The position numbers and the translations under genes were made by a program. Shown in pieces: positions 53,554-64,000 of a DNA stretch of 64,000 bases. The number at the start of each line of letters is the position of its first letter. Position 1 is the stretch's first letter. The notes beneath the pieces are model-generated. The model was not told where the DNA came from and did no database searches. It worked only from the letters and a program-made list of their open reading frames with translations. This DNA is from a virus (Duplodnaviria > Heunggongvirae > Uroviricota > Caudoviricetes): positions 1 to 64,000 of the IMG/VR virus record IMGVR_UViG_3300044991_001838; one strand, 5' to 3'.

Positions 53554-54981
53554 ATGATTAAACAAAATTGGAATATAGATACGAAAGAAGTTAAAAGAAT
53601 ATTGATGATGCATGAGAGTGCAACAAAAAATTTATATTTAATAAAAGAACAAAACACTTCTGCAGTTCAATCTTCAACAAATCCCGATGAAATAACCCTC
53701 GAAGGAAAAAGTTTTTTCTCAAATGGAAAATGGAAATCTTTATCACCTGAAGGTAAAGAAGAATTAGATGGTCAATTAGCAAATGCTGCAAAATTTTTAA
53801 CATCAAAAAAAGGTAGAGTTGTTTATGTAAAAATTATTGCCGGAGAATCTCAGGTAACTAATACTGATAATGAAAACCCTGCACGCCCAAAAGTTGACCC
53901 TGGATATCTTTCAGAAAAAAGAGCAACAACAATGAAAGAATATTTGACCAAATATTTTGATAACTTAGTAAGTCAAGGTATTATTTCAAATAAACCAATA
54001 TTTGAGGCACCTGAAGTTATTATTGGTTCAGAGAAATACACTAAAGGAATTGATAATCCTAACGACGAAAAATATAAACCTGAAAGATTTGTTAAAGTAG
54101 AATTAAAATTAAAATCTCCTGCAGAATGTGTTGTTGGTTTAACTGTAGAGGTTATGTATAACTCAGTTGAAAACACAAGGTTTCCATGTAGAGGTGACCA
54201 TAGATGTAATGAAGCTGAATTTGCGATTAAATTAAATGGTGTTGAAATTGGTATTGCTAATTTAAATAATGAATATGATGGAAAGAGTAAGACCAGCGGA
54301 CCAATTGTTGTAACAGATGAACAAGCAAAACAAATTATAGGTGACAAAAGTAAAGATATTATAATTAGTTTACAATGTTTGTCAGGAAATAAATGCCATT
54401 CAAGTTCTCCTGAAGTTAAAATCAGTAAAGGAAATTCTATTATTTATTGGGGATGTTCTCCATCATTAACAGAATTTGGAGACACGGCTGATAAAATTAT
54501 TTTAGTTTTAGACAACTGTGGTAATTTGAAGAAAAAAGGGACTGAAACCGAAAATACAGGTGATGAAAAAACCCCGATTAATGTTAAACCTACAGGTAAA
54601 GTATTAGAATTCCCTATTGGGGTCACAACAGATATGGTGGAAAGAGTTAAATTTTTATCCGATAATAAATTTATAAAATCTACACCTGAAAAAGATGGTA
54701 GTTATTTGGTAATTCATAATAGATTTGGTAATAATCATGGTGTTAGTCTTGGAGATAGGGTTAAATTAGTTAAAAAACCACTTATCAGGTTTATTAAATG
54801 CCCTATAAATGAAACACCTGAATCTCTTGGTAAATCATTAATGGCTAGTAAAACAATAACACCAGTTACGGATAAAAGGTCTATAACTATACCAACTCAA
54901 GATGTGTATAAAGTATTACAAAGTGCACTTATAAATAAAGTAACCTATAAAGAGGGTGACTATATTAAACTTGTTAAGTAA
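53554..54981 (+). CDS. hypothetical virion-module protein
   Basis: 475-aa ORF after capsid gene. Confidence 0.5.
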   Translation: MIKQNWNIDTKEVKRILMMHESATKNLYLIKEQNTSAVQSSTNPDEITLEGKSFFSNGKWKSLSPEGKEELDGQLANAAKFLTSKKGRVVYVKIIAGESQVTNTDNENPARPKVDPGYLSEKRATTMKEYLTKYFDNLVSQGIISNKPIFEAPEVIIGSEKYTKGIDNPNDEKYKPERFVKVELKLKSPAECVVGLTVEVMYNSVENTRFPCRGDHRCNEAEFAIKLNGVEIGIANLNNEYDGKSKTSGPIVVTDEQAKQIIGDKSKDIIISLQCLSGNKCHSSSPEVKISKGNSIIYWGCSPSLTEFGDTADKIILVLDNCGNLKKKGTETENTGDEKTPINVKPTGKVLEFPIGVTTDMVERVKFLSDNKFIKSTPEKDGSYLVIHNRFGNNHGVSLGDRVKLVKKPLIRFIKCPINETPESLGKSLMASKTITPVTDKRSITIPTQDVYKVLQSALINKVTYKEGDYIKLVK

Positions 54982-54984
54982 GTA

Positions 54985-55230
54985 TTAGTTACCTGATAAG
55001 GTATCTACAGAAATCTTTACATCTTCAAACAATTTTTTGTCTTCTTTTGACATTTTACCAAAACTTTTTTTATAAGCTTTATGGCACATTCTTTTGAATT
55101 TTTTTTCGGTAACCATCTTACCGTTTGCTAATTCAATAGTTTTTTGACTTACACATGAAGTTAAAAATATTACTGTGATTAAAATTACGATTAAGTTTTT
55201 CATAGACTGTTTTATTTTTTTATTGTACAA
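54985..55230 (-). CDS. lipoprotein
   Basis: Signal and lipobox ILITVIFLTSC. Confidence 0.5.
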   Translation of the reverse strand: MYNKKIKQSMKNLIVILITVIFLTSCVSQKTIELANGKMVTEKKFKRMCHKAYKKSFGKMSKEDKKLFEDVKISVDTLSGN

Positions 55231-55378
55231 ATATACACATTTTTATTGATTCCAAAAATATTTTGAATATATTTATTATTAGATTTTAGTTTATCAGTCC
55301 CCAACCTTAAAGGTTGTTGAGTATTCACGGACACGAAGGTATTGGTAACATAGTCATTAACTATAATAAAATTAAAAA

Positions 55379-56185
55379 ATGAATTACTCAACTACGGTGG
55401 GCAAACCGACTGCACACATTACAAAGAAAAAGTCGCGTCTTAAGGTCTATAACGGCCACATTATCTTCTTAAATGACAAAGATAATTTCGAATTCGAAAT
55501 CCATAATCCAAAACAAAAATCGGTACTTGTAAAAATCAAATTGAATGGTCAATACATCTCAACAAGTGGGGTTGTATTAAGACCAGGTCAGAGGATGTTT
55601 TTAGAACGATTCTTGGACACTAACAACAAGTTTGAGTTCAGTACCTATAAAATTAAAAATACTCCTGAAAACATATCGGCAATCGATTTGAATGGGGATG
55701 TTAGAATTGAGTTTTATGATGAACAAGAACCTATTAGAAATAATTTCTATTATACAAATGGACTTACTTACACAAATTTACATCACTCAGGTACGGGTTC
55801 ATTCCAACCTATGGGTGTAACAACAACAAACATTCACAATTATTCTACAAATACAAGTAATTTAACTTCAGGTATTTCATCAACAGCGTTTAATACTTCA
55901 ACTAATACTGCTGGCGTTATAACCAATACATTTGCGGGACCAAACATTAGAAGTAAAAAATCTCTTGAAACCGGCAGAGTTGAGAAAGGTGATAAATCCA
56001 AACAAAATTTTACTAATTCATATGAGAATTTTAATTATCACACATCACATGAAATTAGTTTTAAATTACAACCATTAAGTACTAAGAATAAAACCACAGA
56101 AGACATTAGACAATATTGTACGGAATGTGGTACCAAGACAAAAACAAATTTTAAATTTTGTCCGTCTTGTGGAAATAAATTATAA
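55379..56185 (+). CDS. hypothetical protein with C-terminal zinc ribbon
   Basis: CTECGTKTKTNFKFCPSCGNKL. Confidence 0.5.
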   Translation: MNYSTTVGKPTAHITKKKSRLKVYNGHIIFLNDKDNFEFEIHNPKQKSVLVKIKLNGQYISTSGVVLRPGQRMFLERFLDTNNKFEFSTYKIKNTPENISAIDLNGDVRIEFYDEQEPIRNNFYYTNGLTYTNLHHSGTGSFQPMGVTTTNIHNYSTNTSNLTSGISSTAFNTSTNTAGVITNTFAGPNIRSKKSLETGRVEKGDKSKQNFTNSYENFNYHTSHEISFKLQPLSTKNKTTEDIRQYCTECGTKTKTNFKFCPSCGNKL

Positions 56186-56188
56186 ATA

Positions 56189-56217
56189 AAAAAAGGGTCC
56201 CGTGAGACCCTTTTTTT
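56189..56217. terminator. bidirectional terminator between convergent genes
   Basis: A7-GGGTC-CCGTGA-GACCC-T7. Confidence 0.65.
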
Positions 56218-56443
56218 ATTCTTCAGATTTGGTTAAATGAGTATTAACCATCCTAATTGATTTGGAAACTAGCTCAGTCTCCCTTAAATCGTACAATCTA
56301 GCTTTATGAGCATATTCTATTGCCTGAGCAAGGATGTAAAATGATTGTTCAATTGTTAAATTATCAGTTAATTTATCAATGTCTTCGGGAGTATAATATG
56401 CGATAGAATCAAATAATAACCCCATAGGTTCTTTTTCTGTCAT
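56216..56443 (-). CDS. hypothetical protein
   Basis: 75-aa ORF. Confidence 0.4.
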   Translation of the reverse strand: MTEKEPMGLLFDSIAYYTPEDIDKLTDNLTIEQSFYILAQAIEYAHKARLYDLRETELVSKSIRMVNTHLTKSEE

Positions 56444-56484
56444 AATTTTAATAATAAATGGATATTTATGGTTAAGTTAAATAT

Positions 56485-57186
56485 ATGAATAAAAAATCAA
56501 TAAGGGAAGCGACAGGGTCAGGTTCATCAGGACATTATAAAGTTCCAATTGTTCTTGCACCACAACAATGGAAACCAGACCAATTGGCGCCATTCAATAC
56601 CCCTGTTTACAAATACACTAATGCGGAATTGGCTTATGAAGAAGCTGATGGTGATTATTTAGAAAGTCCTGAAGAAAGAAAAAAAATAGAAGCTAATACT
56701 GAAAAATTATCTCGTATTGATACATATCTAAAAAGTTTTTATACAGGACAAAATGATGAAGACGGTAGTAGTATATCAGATGTCGAAAGTCCTGAAGAAA
56801 TAATTAAACGAGATGTTGGTCCACTTAAAGAATCTTTTTTAAAAGAAGATTTAGCGGTTTGGTTTGGAACTAAAAAGAAACCAAAAGGAAGTTCACAGCC
56901 AAAAGGACCATGGGTTAATATTTGTCGTAAAAAAGAAGGTGGGGGACATCCTCCGTGTGGTAGACCTGAGGCTAGTGATAAGGGATATCCTAAATGTCGT
57001 GCTGCCGGTGTTGCCAGTAAAATGACCGACTCACAAAAAAGGTCTGCATGTCAACAAAAAAGAAAGGCTGAAAAAACACACTCTAAATCAGGTACGGGTA
57101 ATAAGCCTAAAATGACTTCTTATAAACCAAAAAACGAACAGTTACAAGAGTTAATAAAAAAAGTTCTCAGAGAGAACTTTCGTTAG
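56485..57186 (+). CDS. hypothetical basic protein
   Basis: 233 aa, Lys/Cys-rich C-terminal half. Confidence 0.5.
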   Translation: MNKKSIREATGSGSSGHYKVPIVLAPQQWKPDQLAPFNTPVYKYTNAELAYEEADGDYLESPEERKKIEANTEKLSRIDTYLKSFYTGQNDEDGSSISDVESPEEIIKRDVGPLKESFLKEDLAVWFGTKKKPKGSSQPKGPWVNICRKKEGGGHPPCGRPEASDKGYPKCRAAGVASKMTDSQKRSACQQKRKAEKTHSKSGTGNKPKMTSYKPKNEQLQELIKKVLRENFR

Positions 57187-57592
57187 TAATTTTTTCTAAT
57201 ATTTTTGATAAAGAGTGTTGAATTTGTCCTTGCATCTCTATCTCAAATTCCATTCTATTTTTTTCAACTTTTTCATCAAATATTGAAGAGAGTTTATCAA
57301 ATAAATTTTGGCAAATATCAATATCATAATTATAAATGTGGTTTGTAATGTTTAATCTTAAACCATTTAATAAAATGAATATTCCTAATGGTTCGTTTTT
57401 AATATATCTTTTTTCGGATAATGGTGCAATTAAAAACGTGGAATCAGGATGGTTAATTAATTTTCTAAAAATTGCTGAAGATTTAATTTCATTACGATTA
57501 TAGTTTTTTTTACGATTTAAAAAATATTGTTTAAAAAGAATATAAATTTTTAATCTTAATCTTTTAAAAAGTCTGCTATAAAATTTTCTCAT
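57167..57592 (-). CDS. hypothetical protein
   Basis: 141-aa ORF. Confidence 0.45.
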   Translation of the reverse strand: MRKFYSRLFKRLRLKIYILFKQYFLNRKKNYNRNEIKSSAIFRKLINHPDSTFLIAPLSEKRYIKNEPLGIFILLNGLRLNITNHIYNYDIDICQNLFDKLSSIFDEKVEKNRMEFEIEMQGQIQHSLSKILEKITNESSL

Positions 57593-57660
57593 TAGTTTAT
57601 CCTTATTTTTTTATTCAACAAAGATAATTGTTTTTTTTATATTACAAACTATTTTAAATA

Positions 57661-57689
57661 AAAAAAAGAGTAATTAACTCTCTTTTTTT
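57661..57689 (-). terminator. terminator
   Basis: A-run, AGAGTAATTAACTCT palindrome, T-run. Confidence 0.55.
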
Positions 57690-57695
57690 ATCATA

Positions 57696-58160
57696 TTAAC
57701 AATATGCACCTGAACAATGTTTTTTCCCGTCAAGTCCTGCAATTGTTCCTTTACAAACTTGAACGGCAAAACCGTTAGAATAAGCTGAAGGGTAAACTTT
57801 ATATTTTGATTTTGCTGCGGCTAATCCACGAGCACATAATTTAGTACCTGTTTTTTTACGACCTTCTTCTACCATATCATATTCGTTATTCATCCCTCCT
57901 TTTTCTTCATTCATTAAAAAATCAAATACTTGGTCTATATTAGTTTTTGCTTCGGTTATATGGTCATCAGCCCAATCATGTCCATTTTGAATTATCTCAT
58001 CAATTTGGTCATGGTCCATCTCTAACATAATCTCACATTGTCTTTTTATTTGGACTAAATTACTAAAGAACATATAATTTACTCCTCTTTCTTCAGATAA
58101 AACTTTTTTAACTAATCTTGTTAAATCTGATTCTGTTAATTTTACTATTCTATTTGCCAT
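57696..58160 (-). CDS. hypothetical protein
   Basis: 154-aa ORF with terminator downstream. Confidence 0.45.
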   Translation of the reverse strand: MANRIVKLTESDLTRLVKKVLSEERGVNYMFFSNLVQIKRQCEIMLEMDHDQIDEIIQNGHDWADDHITEAKTNIDQVFDFLMNEEKGGMNNEYDMVEEGRKKTGTKLCARGLAAAKSKYKVYPSAYSNGFAVQVCKGTIAGLDGKKHCSGAYC

Positions 58161-58165
58161 TGTAT

Positions 58166-58546
58166 TTAAATTTTTATAAAAGTTATGTTAACATTACCAC
58201 CGTTTTCCATTAAGTTCCAAGGTTGTAATTCAATCCACCCATTTTGAGTGGCGTTAAAAAGAACACCGTTATAATCTCCACTAGCGGAAATTGTGAATGG
58301 TGATTGCCATCCTGGGTCAAATCCACTTCCACCACCTGACCAAGAAGAACCTGCAACATCTGTAAAAGTTCCTGGTGTTGATGGGTCGTAAAACCTAATG
58401 GCGTTAGTATTGTTTGTGAATGACGAATCAAATTCGTAATCAAATGTTTCATTATTATTACATCCTCCAATATTACCTATTTGACTATTCATTACAAGTA
58501 AACTTAAACCTGAATTATTTGTAATGTGAAATTTAACTGGCCCCAT
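58166..58546 (-). CDS. hypothetical virion protein
   Basis: 126-aa ORF coupled to large upstream ORFs. Confidence 0.45.
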   Translation of the reverse strand: MGPVKFHITNNSGLSLLVMNSQIGNIGGCNNNETFDYEFDSSFTNNTNAIRFYDPSTPGTFTDVAGSSWSGGGSGFDPGWQSPFTISASGDYNGVLFNATQNGWIELQPWNLMENGGNVNITFIKI

Positions 58547-58552
58547 ATTTTA

Positions 58553-60052
58553 TTATTTTCTATTTACGATATTAAATGTTAATTGTTTCTTATAAGTATC
58601 TTTTTCACCTGAAGTGTTCACTTGAATATCCACATAATATTGGTTAGGTATTTTATCTCTCATATCAAACATGAAAAAATATTCATTTGGTGTTCTACTA
58701 AGAGGTGTCCAATCTTGTACTTGTACTTCAGTTGTTCCTTCTTTAACATATACTCTGTAAAACGCCGAAACATCTAATAACATTTGTTGGGCGGTGTAAG
58801 CCTTTTTAATTGTCACCCCAACCTTTCTGATATCTGAGTTAAGAATTTGTTCGTTTTGTAAAATACCATAAAAATTAAACCCATAAATTTGTGGGTCTTT
58901 AGATACTGACCCAATTTGAATACCCGCTTTATATTCTTGTAATACAAATTGATTTGTTACATTTGAGATACCTTGACCATTAATTGTCAATCCTGACCAC
59001 ACATCATAATATTGACATGGTGTTGCTCCTGTAAATCCATTAGGGACAGTTACCTCATAGATTCCTTTTGTTTTTAAACAAGTAGATAAAGTTGCCATAC
59101 CGGAAACAGCATTTCCATTTCGGTCCTCAATTCTAACAATTGGTGTTGAATCTAAATTTACTAAATCACCGTTTTGATAAACATATAAATATAGTTTATT
59201 AATTTGACTCTTTAAAAATTGATTTCTATCGTCTTTTACAATATCATCATAGTTTGTTAAAAGGTATGGTTGGTAAAATGTTTGAGTATGTCTTGAGAAA
59301 AACGCTACACTATAACTTTCGGTTAAACCTGTAATATTTTCTATTTGGGGTAAATAAGCTACTCCCCATCCCGTAACTCCTGTCAATGTCCCATTAAGGA
59401 TACTATTAATTTCATTTGACATGTCCATGTTAAGGTCTTCATTACCTAACTCAAAATGTTGTCTTGCAACAATTGTAAGTCCTGAAAAATTAACATTTCC
59501 ACTATTTGTGTTACTATAAACACCTGGCTGTGACCAATCATTAATAGTAGTTGTTTGATACCAATTTGATGGTCTTGTGGAAAATGCTCTACTGTCAACA
59601 TATGTTAACGGTGCAGAACCACCCACACCACTATTTTTTGCGATATTAAAATCATTATAATCATACCCAACACCTTCATCCCAATACTGTGAGGTACCTG
59701 TTGTTCCTGAAGTTTTTGGTATTCTAAATAATATTAAATCAAATGATGTTGCTCTTCTTCTTTCATTTGACATAAACGAATTTAGTAATTCATTATCAAA
59801 TGAAGATGTGTTTGTCATCTTTAATGTATGAGTCATTGCTGAAGTACATCCTGTAGATATTACACCTGTAGCAACATTTTGTTCTAACAAAGATAAATCT
59901 AAGTTAAAGAGTAATCTTGAGTATCCATAGTTAGGAACTACTAAATCTGAAGCACCAAAGTTTAACTCAATAACAGGGTTTCTTCCTGTATTAACAAATG
60001 AGTTTGATACGATGGTATTATTTTTATCTATGTATGACCTTAAAATTGACAT
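58553..60052 (-). CDS. putative tail/baseplate structural protein
   Basis: 499 aa, Asn/Thr/Gly-rich, in minus-strand block of large ORFs. Confidence 0.45.
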   Translation of the reverse strand: MSILRSYIDKNNTIVSNSFVNTGRNPVIELNFGASDLVVPNYGYSRLLFNLDLSLLEQNVATGVISTGCTSAMTHTLKMTNTSSFDNELLNSFMSNERRRATSFDLILFRIPKTSGTTGTSQYWDEGVGYDYNDFNIAKNSGVGGSAPLTYVDSRAFSTRPSNWYQTTTINDWSQPGVYSNTNSGNVNFSGLTIVARQHFELGNEDLNMDMSNEINSILNGTLTGVTGWGVAYLPQIENITGLTESYSVAFFSRHTQTFYQPYLLTNYDDIVKDDRNQFLKSQINKLYLYVYQNGDLVNLDSTPIVRIEDRNGNAVSGMATLSTCLKTKGIYEVTVPNGFTGATPCQYYDVWSGLTINGQGISNVTNQFVLQEYKAGIQIGSVSKDPQIYGFNFYGILQNEQILNSDIRKVGVTIKKAYTAQQMLLDVSAFYRVYVKEGTTEVQVQDWTPLSRTPNEYFFMFDMRDKIPNQYYVDIQVNTSGEKDTYKKQLTFNIVNRK

Positions 60053-60072
60053 TTACCTTTTTAATATAAATA

Positions 60073-61608
60073 TCAATTAAGTCGGATATTGCTGTTAAGT
60101 ATTTTTTCTAATGAATTATTTAATTCTTCAAGAATTTTATCAGCGTTAGAACCGTCTTGTGTTATAGGTACTGGAGGTAATCCTGGGTATGAGTGTGTAT
60201 GTGTTAATAGGAATCTAACAATCATATCAATCAACTCTAATAACTCTTCTCCTCTAACCATACTTGATGTATTGGGCATTATATCGTTGGCAAATTTTTC
60301 AGAAGAAATACCATAAAGAGTGTTAGCAAAATTAATTCTTTCTTTACCAGGTATTTGAGAATTATGAGATAATAAAAATACTTTACTACTACCTAACGCA
60401 CCATATGAAGATTCGGCATTAACATATTTAAATTGAGGAACAACTTTTTTAATTGGTGTTCGTGGAATACCAACTTTATTTTTTGAGTAAATTAAACCGG
60501 ACCCACCTTTAAGTGCGGGACTAAGTTTAATACCTCGGTATATTTCACTAACATTATTGACAACCGCACTATTTGCAAACGCCCCTTCATCTGTTGATGG
60601 TACCAATAATGAGTACATAGCTTTACTTGGTCTATAAAACATAGGGAATTTATTATTATCATTGTTATCAGGAAATAATTGTACACCACTTTCAGTAACA
60701 TTAGTTTTATTACAAGTTTTAATAAAATCATTAATAAAATTAATAGTCTCTAATTTTGATAACGCCATAAATGGTACTGTCGCAACTAATTTTTTTAAAT
60801 TTTCAGATACTACGCTGGTTAAAGTTAAATTTTTTGAATTTGTTGTGGAGTCTGCTTTTAATTGGTATAAATAAACCGCCCCTGTAAATTTATCTAAAAG
60901 GTTTTCAGGGTTAATAACAACCCATTCAATTAAATATTTTGTAAGAACCACATCTTCTTTTAGTTCATAATAAACTTTGGGAGATAATTCTTCTTTTGTA
61001 GATTGAAATTTACTAAGTTGTAAAAACCCTCTTTGTTGATTTGCAACAGGAATAACATTTTCTTTTAAATATTGACCTTTAAATTTACCCGCTCTTAATA
61101 AAACTTCATTTTCTTTTACAATAAGGTCAGCACTACCTCTACCTAAAATTGCATTATCTCCAGGTTGGGGAAATACACCTTCATGAACACTATTATCAGT
61201 ATAGGAACCATCTTGATTTTTTAATGGTTTTGGGTTTTTAATTTGCGTACCCGTACCTGTGAATTTATTACCACCATAATAAAATTCTTTAAAGGTTGCT
61301 GTTGGAGTTGAAAAAGTGTTTTGAACATAATATTGATTTTGATATTTAAAATCTTTGTTCATAAAAATAACTTGGACTAATTCATCTACTTTAGGTATTG
61401 CGTAAACAAAATACGGTAATAAAGTATTAAAGACTAAAGGGTCTCTTGAAGTCCAAATATCTTTCTCTTCATTCCATGGTGGGTCAGTGACACTTTTTAA
61501 AATATCATCTATGTTATCTATTAGTCTAATACCTCTAATCCTACCTAACATCATAGGGTCTTCAGTATTTAATACTTTACATTGGAAAAATATTGAATTA
61601 TCAGCCAT
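60073..61608 (-). CDS. putative tail/baseplate structural protein
   Basis: 511-aa ORF. Confidence 0.45.
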   Translation of the reverse strand: MADNSIFFQCKVLNTEDPMMLGRIRGIRLIDNIDDILKSVTDPPWNEEKDIWTSRDPLVFNTLLPYFVYAIPKVDELVQVIFMNKDFKYQNQYYVQNTFSTPTATFKEFYYGGNKFTGTGTQIKNPKPLKNQDGSYTDNSVHEGVFPQPGDNAILGRGSADLIVKENEVLLRAGKFKGQYLKENVIPVANQQRGFLQLSKFQSTKEELSPKVYYELKEDVVLTKYLIEWVVINPENLLDKFTGAVYLYQLKADSTTNSKNLTLTSVVSENLKKLVATVPFMALSKLETINFINDFIKTCNKTNVTESGVQLFPDNNDNNKFPMFYRPSKAMYSLLVPSTDEGAFANSAVVNNVSEIYRGIKLSPALKGGSGLIYSKNKVGIPRTPIKKVVPQFKYVNAESSYGALGSSKVFLLSHNSQIPGKERINFANTLYGISSEKFANDIMPNTSSMVRGEELLELIDMIVRFLLTHTHSYPGLPPVPITQDGSNADKILEELNNSLEKILNSNIRLN

Positions 61609-61810
61609 TATTTCTTTCTTGGTATGCTTTTAACACATTATTATACAATTCTTCAAGTTTATCTAAATAAAGAGTTGTATTAATGATTGTTTGTTTAGTG
61701 GTTTCAAAATCTGATGATAATAAATCCATAAATTCAACTAACTTATTGTTAGGTAAAGTTTTTAAATTTTTTTGTTCGTTAATTATATTTTCAAATTCTT
61801 CGTTTTTCAT
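61601..61810 (-). CDS. hypothetical protein
   Basis: 69-aa ORF overlapping neighbours by 8 and 1 nt. Confidence 0.4.
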   Translation of the reverse strand: MKNEEFENIINEQKNLKTLPNNKLVEFMDLLSSDFETTKQTIINTTLYLDKLEELYNNVLKAYQERNNG

Positions 61811-61811
61811 A

Positions 61812-63893
61812 TTACATAAATTTTCCTGTTTGAGTAGCTAATCCAACAGTGTATACTTTACCATCTTCTGTTATGTTTGACGCCACTGATTTATTTGACG
61901 AAGAATTAAATTGTAACATCAAATTTGGACTACCATCGGGCATAGGTCCTGTTGGCATACCTGACGATTGTAACGCTTGTATTGTTTTCATGGTCATTTG
62001 TGTTGCGGATATACCAGGTAATGACCCTGCCAATGCTAAAAGTGGTAATGGTATTTCAGGTTGAGCAGTAGGTATAAGTTGTCCAATTGTTGTAAGTAAT
62101 AATAAAATATTATCTAATAAATTTTTACATTTTCTGTAATCATCAATTAATTGGGAAATAAGTAATGCAATTTGAATTAATCGTAAAATCATTGCGATTT
62201 TTTTTCCGTATCTTTCTTTAACAAGGTCAATAACTATTTCAGACATTAAATTAATAATCTCTTTTTTTAATATTTCAAATAACGCTTTTAAAAATTCTGA
62301 ATTAACTCTTGATATTACTTGTATTGAAAATGATTTGTATACTTTTAAAAAATCAGACGCATTTGTTACAACATTACTATTTGGTTGATTAACATTTGCT
62401 CCTGTGTTACCAATAGTGTTTACCGATTGTGTCGCAGTGTTTGCACTTGTAATTGCCTGATTATATGTGTATGTTGCCCCTGATTGAACTACGGATAATA
62501 ATGTGTATAGAGGTAATAATACTTTTGGGCTTAACACACTGGCTGCAACTGCTAACGGTATTTGTTTAATAATATTAGTGTTTATTGAAACTTTAACATC
62601 AAAATTTGCAGGAATGGCAAGTTTCCATTCTGGATTTTCAGAAATAGAATCTATCATTTGTTCAACAAATGCAACTTGTTGTGCAACCGTCTTCCCTGTT
62701 GACTCTCTAAATTCAATTAATTGACTAATAAGTGATTCACTATCGACAGGTAATTTAATATTATTACAGTCTTCAAATTCCATCACACCATTCTGAATGT
62801 TAGAAATTTTAACTTGAATATTTCTTAAATCAACTTCAGTTAATTCATAAAAACTATCATCAACACCATCTAATTCAGCGATTTTAGCTACCCCACTAAC
62901 ATCAATTTCTCTTCTATTATCAAAACATAATCCTAAAATTCTTTGTATTAATAATTCAAATTTAGTTGATTGCTCTAATTGTCCAAATCCTGCTTGTAGA
63001 TTAATACTAACCGCTCCTGAAATAAGGTTTATAAGATTTGCGGTAATATCAACATTATCTACTAATTTGATAGAACTATAATAATCAGATAAAAATTCTC
63101 CGACTTGGTTACCAACATTACCTGAATCATTTGTACGATTAAGTAATATAACTCTGTAATAATCTCCGGTAACTCCAAAACTATTTGTATTTGAATATTG
63201 GACATCAAATAAATTTTGACCTGATTTACCTAAATAATTTTGACCATTAATATCACTAAAAGACCTACCTTGATTATTTTGAGTCATCAAAGTATAAAGT
63301 TGTTTGTTCATTGGAAATGCTACATCACCACCATACGGTTTAAATTTTGAATCTGCTGAAGGTTGTTCTTTTTCGTAAAAAATTTTACCAAAATCAGTCT
63401 CAGGAGATTGTTTTAAATTTGAAAAAAGGTCAATTGAACTAACAGGTATGTAAATACCATCGGCTTGCGGTAACAAAGCCATTGGTGTTGATTGTAATGT
63501 CGCAGGGTCAGTTCCTTGAAATGTTTGTTCTATTGAACATCCTAAAGCCTTAATTGTTTCTTCTTTAACAATACCAGCAAGTTTTGGTTCTATTATGGCG
63601 GCAATCTCCAACATTTTTTTTTGTATAAATGAAGAAGTACCTGACCCAGAACCTTTAAGTTGATTTACAAATGCCAACATTTGGGACATTGAATTAGGTG
63701 GCTCCCTTTGAAATCTTTTTTGTTGGTCTTTAATCTTATTTAATTGTGTAGTTAACTGTGTTGTAGATTTTGTAGCAGAATTAGCGGCATTTTTAACTAA
63801 ATCCTTTCCAGCAGTAGAAACTTCTAAATAAGTTTTTGCTGATTGGATTTTACTTTGAATGGATTCCGCTGCCGAGTTAATATCTAATTCCAT
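61812..63893 (-). CDS. putative large tail structural protein
   Basis: 693-aa ORF. Confidence 0.45.
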   Translation of the reverse strand: MELDINSAAESIQSKIQSAKTYLEVSTAGKDLVKNAANSATKSTTQLTTQLNKIKDQQKRFQREPPNSMSQMLAFVNQLKGSGSGTSSFIQKKMLEIAAIIEPKLAGIVKEETIKALGCSIEQTFQGTDPATLQSTPMALLPQADGIYIPVSSIDLFSNLKQSPETDFGKIFYEKEQPSADSKFKPYGGDVAFPMNKQLYTLMTQNNQGRSFSDINGQNYLGKSGQNLFDVQYSNTNSFGVTGDYYRVILLNRTNDSGNVGNQVGEFLSDYYSSIKLVDNVDITANLINLISGAVSINLQAGFGQLEQSTKFELLIQRILGLCFDNRREIDVSGVAKIAELDGVDDSFYELTEVDLRNIQVKISNIQNGVMEFEDCNNIKLPVDSESLISQLIEFRESTGKTVAQQVAFVEQMIDSISENPEWKLAIPANFDVKVSINTNIIKQIPLAVAASVLSPKVLLPLYTLLSVVQSGATYTYNQAITSANTATQSVNTIGNTGANVNQPNSNVVTNASDFLKVYKSFSIQVISRVNSEFLKALFEILKKEIINLMSEIVIDLVKERYGKKIAMILRLIQIALLISQLIDDYRKCKNLLDNILLLLTTIGQLIPTAQPEIPLPLLALAGSLPGISATQMTMKTIQALQSSGMPTGPMPDGSPNLMLQFNSSSNKSVASNITEDGKVYTVGLATQTGKFM

Positions 63894-63896
63894 ATA

Positions 63897-64000
63897 TTAT
63901 CTCATTCTGTAAGTTTCTTCGTCATTTGAAACATCTTTATCTATTAGATTTTGAATTATATCATCATCTAAATCTGCCATTGAGAATGATTCAGTATTAT
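63897..64000 (-). CDS. hypothetical protein, C-terminal part only (ORF continues past right edge)
   Basis: In-frame minus-strand ORF ending TAA at 63897-63899 (...MADLDDDIIQNLIDKDVSNDEETYRMR) with no stop up to window end. Confidence 0.3.
   Translation of the reverse strand, partial: NTESFSMADLDDDIIQNLIDKDVSNDEETYRMR

Noticed and set aside
1-64000. CRISPR array, integrase, transposase, reverse transcriptase
   Set aside because: No spaced direct-repeat array and no recombinase or RT motifs seen in any ORF

Overview
AT-rich (about 30% GC) window from a T4-like tailed phage. The evidence for T4-like is a gp23-type major capsid protein, gp21-type prohead protease, gp22-like acidic scaffold, portal, large terminase, Rnl1-type RNA ligase, PNK-like kinase and thymidylate synthase. 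Recurrent TAnnTTTG promoter -7 elements, lipoprotein signal peptides and a phage-borne ribosomal protein S21 point to a Bacteroidetes (probably Flavobacteriia) host. Layout: 1-17.2 kb is a tightly packed minus-strand block of early-type genes (nucleotide metabolism, methylglyoxal synthase, thioesterase, RNA-repair enzymes, ClpP, HNH nuclease). 17.9-27.4 kb is a tRNA island with 24 tRNA or tRNA-like genes, several clearly aberrant, interspersed with an HNH homing endonuclease, a secreted glucosaminidase, small ORFs, a ferritin and two GC-rich ORF-free structured segments. 27.4-38.4 kb carries accessory genes (M15 peptidoglycan peptidase, HAD phosphatases, PspC, M20 and HExxH peptidases, an N-domain-less ClpC-like unfoldase with a ClpP-docking IGF loop, a UVR-domain protein, nucleotidyltransferase). 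38.4-64 kb is the head and tail morphogenesis module, with several low-complexity tandem-repeat proteins. The most system-like novelties are (i) a phage-encoded Clp proteolytic system (ClpP, ClpC-like, UVR adaptor candidate, peptidases), and (ii) an RNA-repair toolkit flanking a large tRNA island that contains non-canonical tRNAs and two candidate stable ncRNAs.
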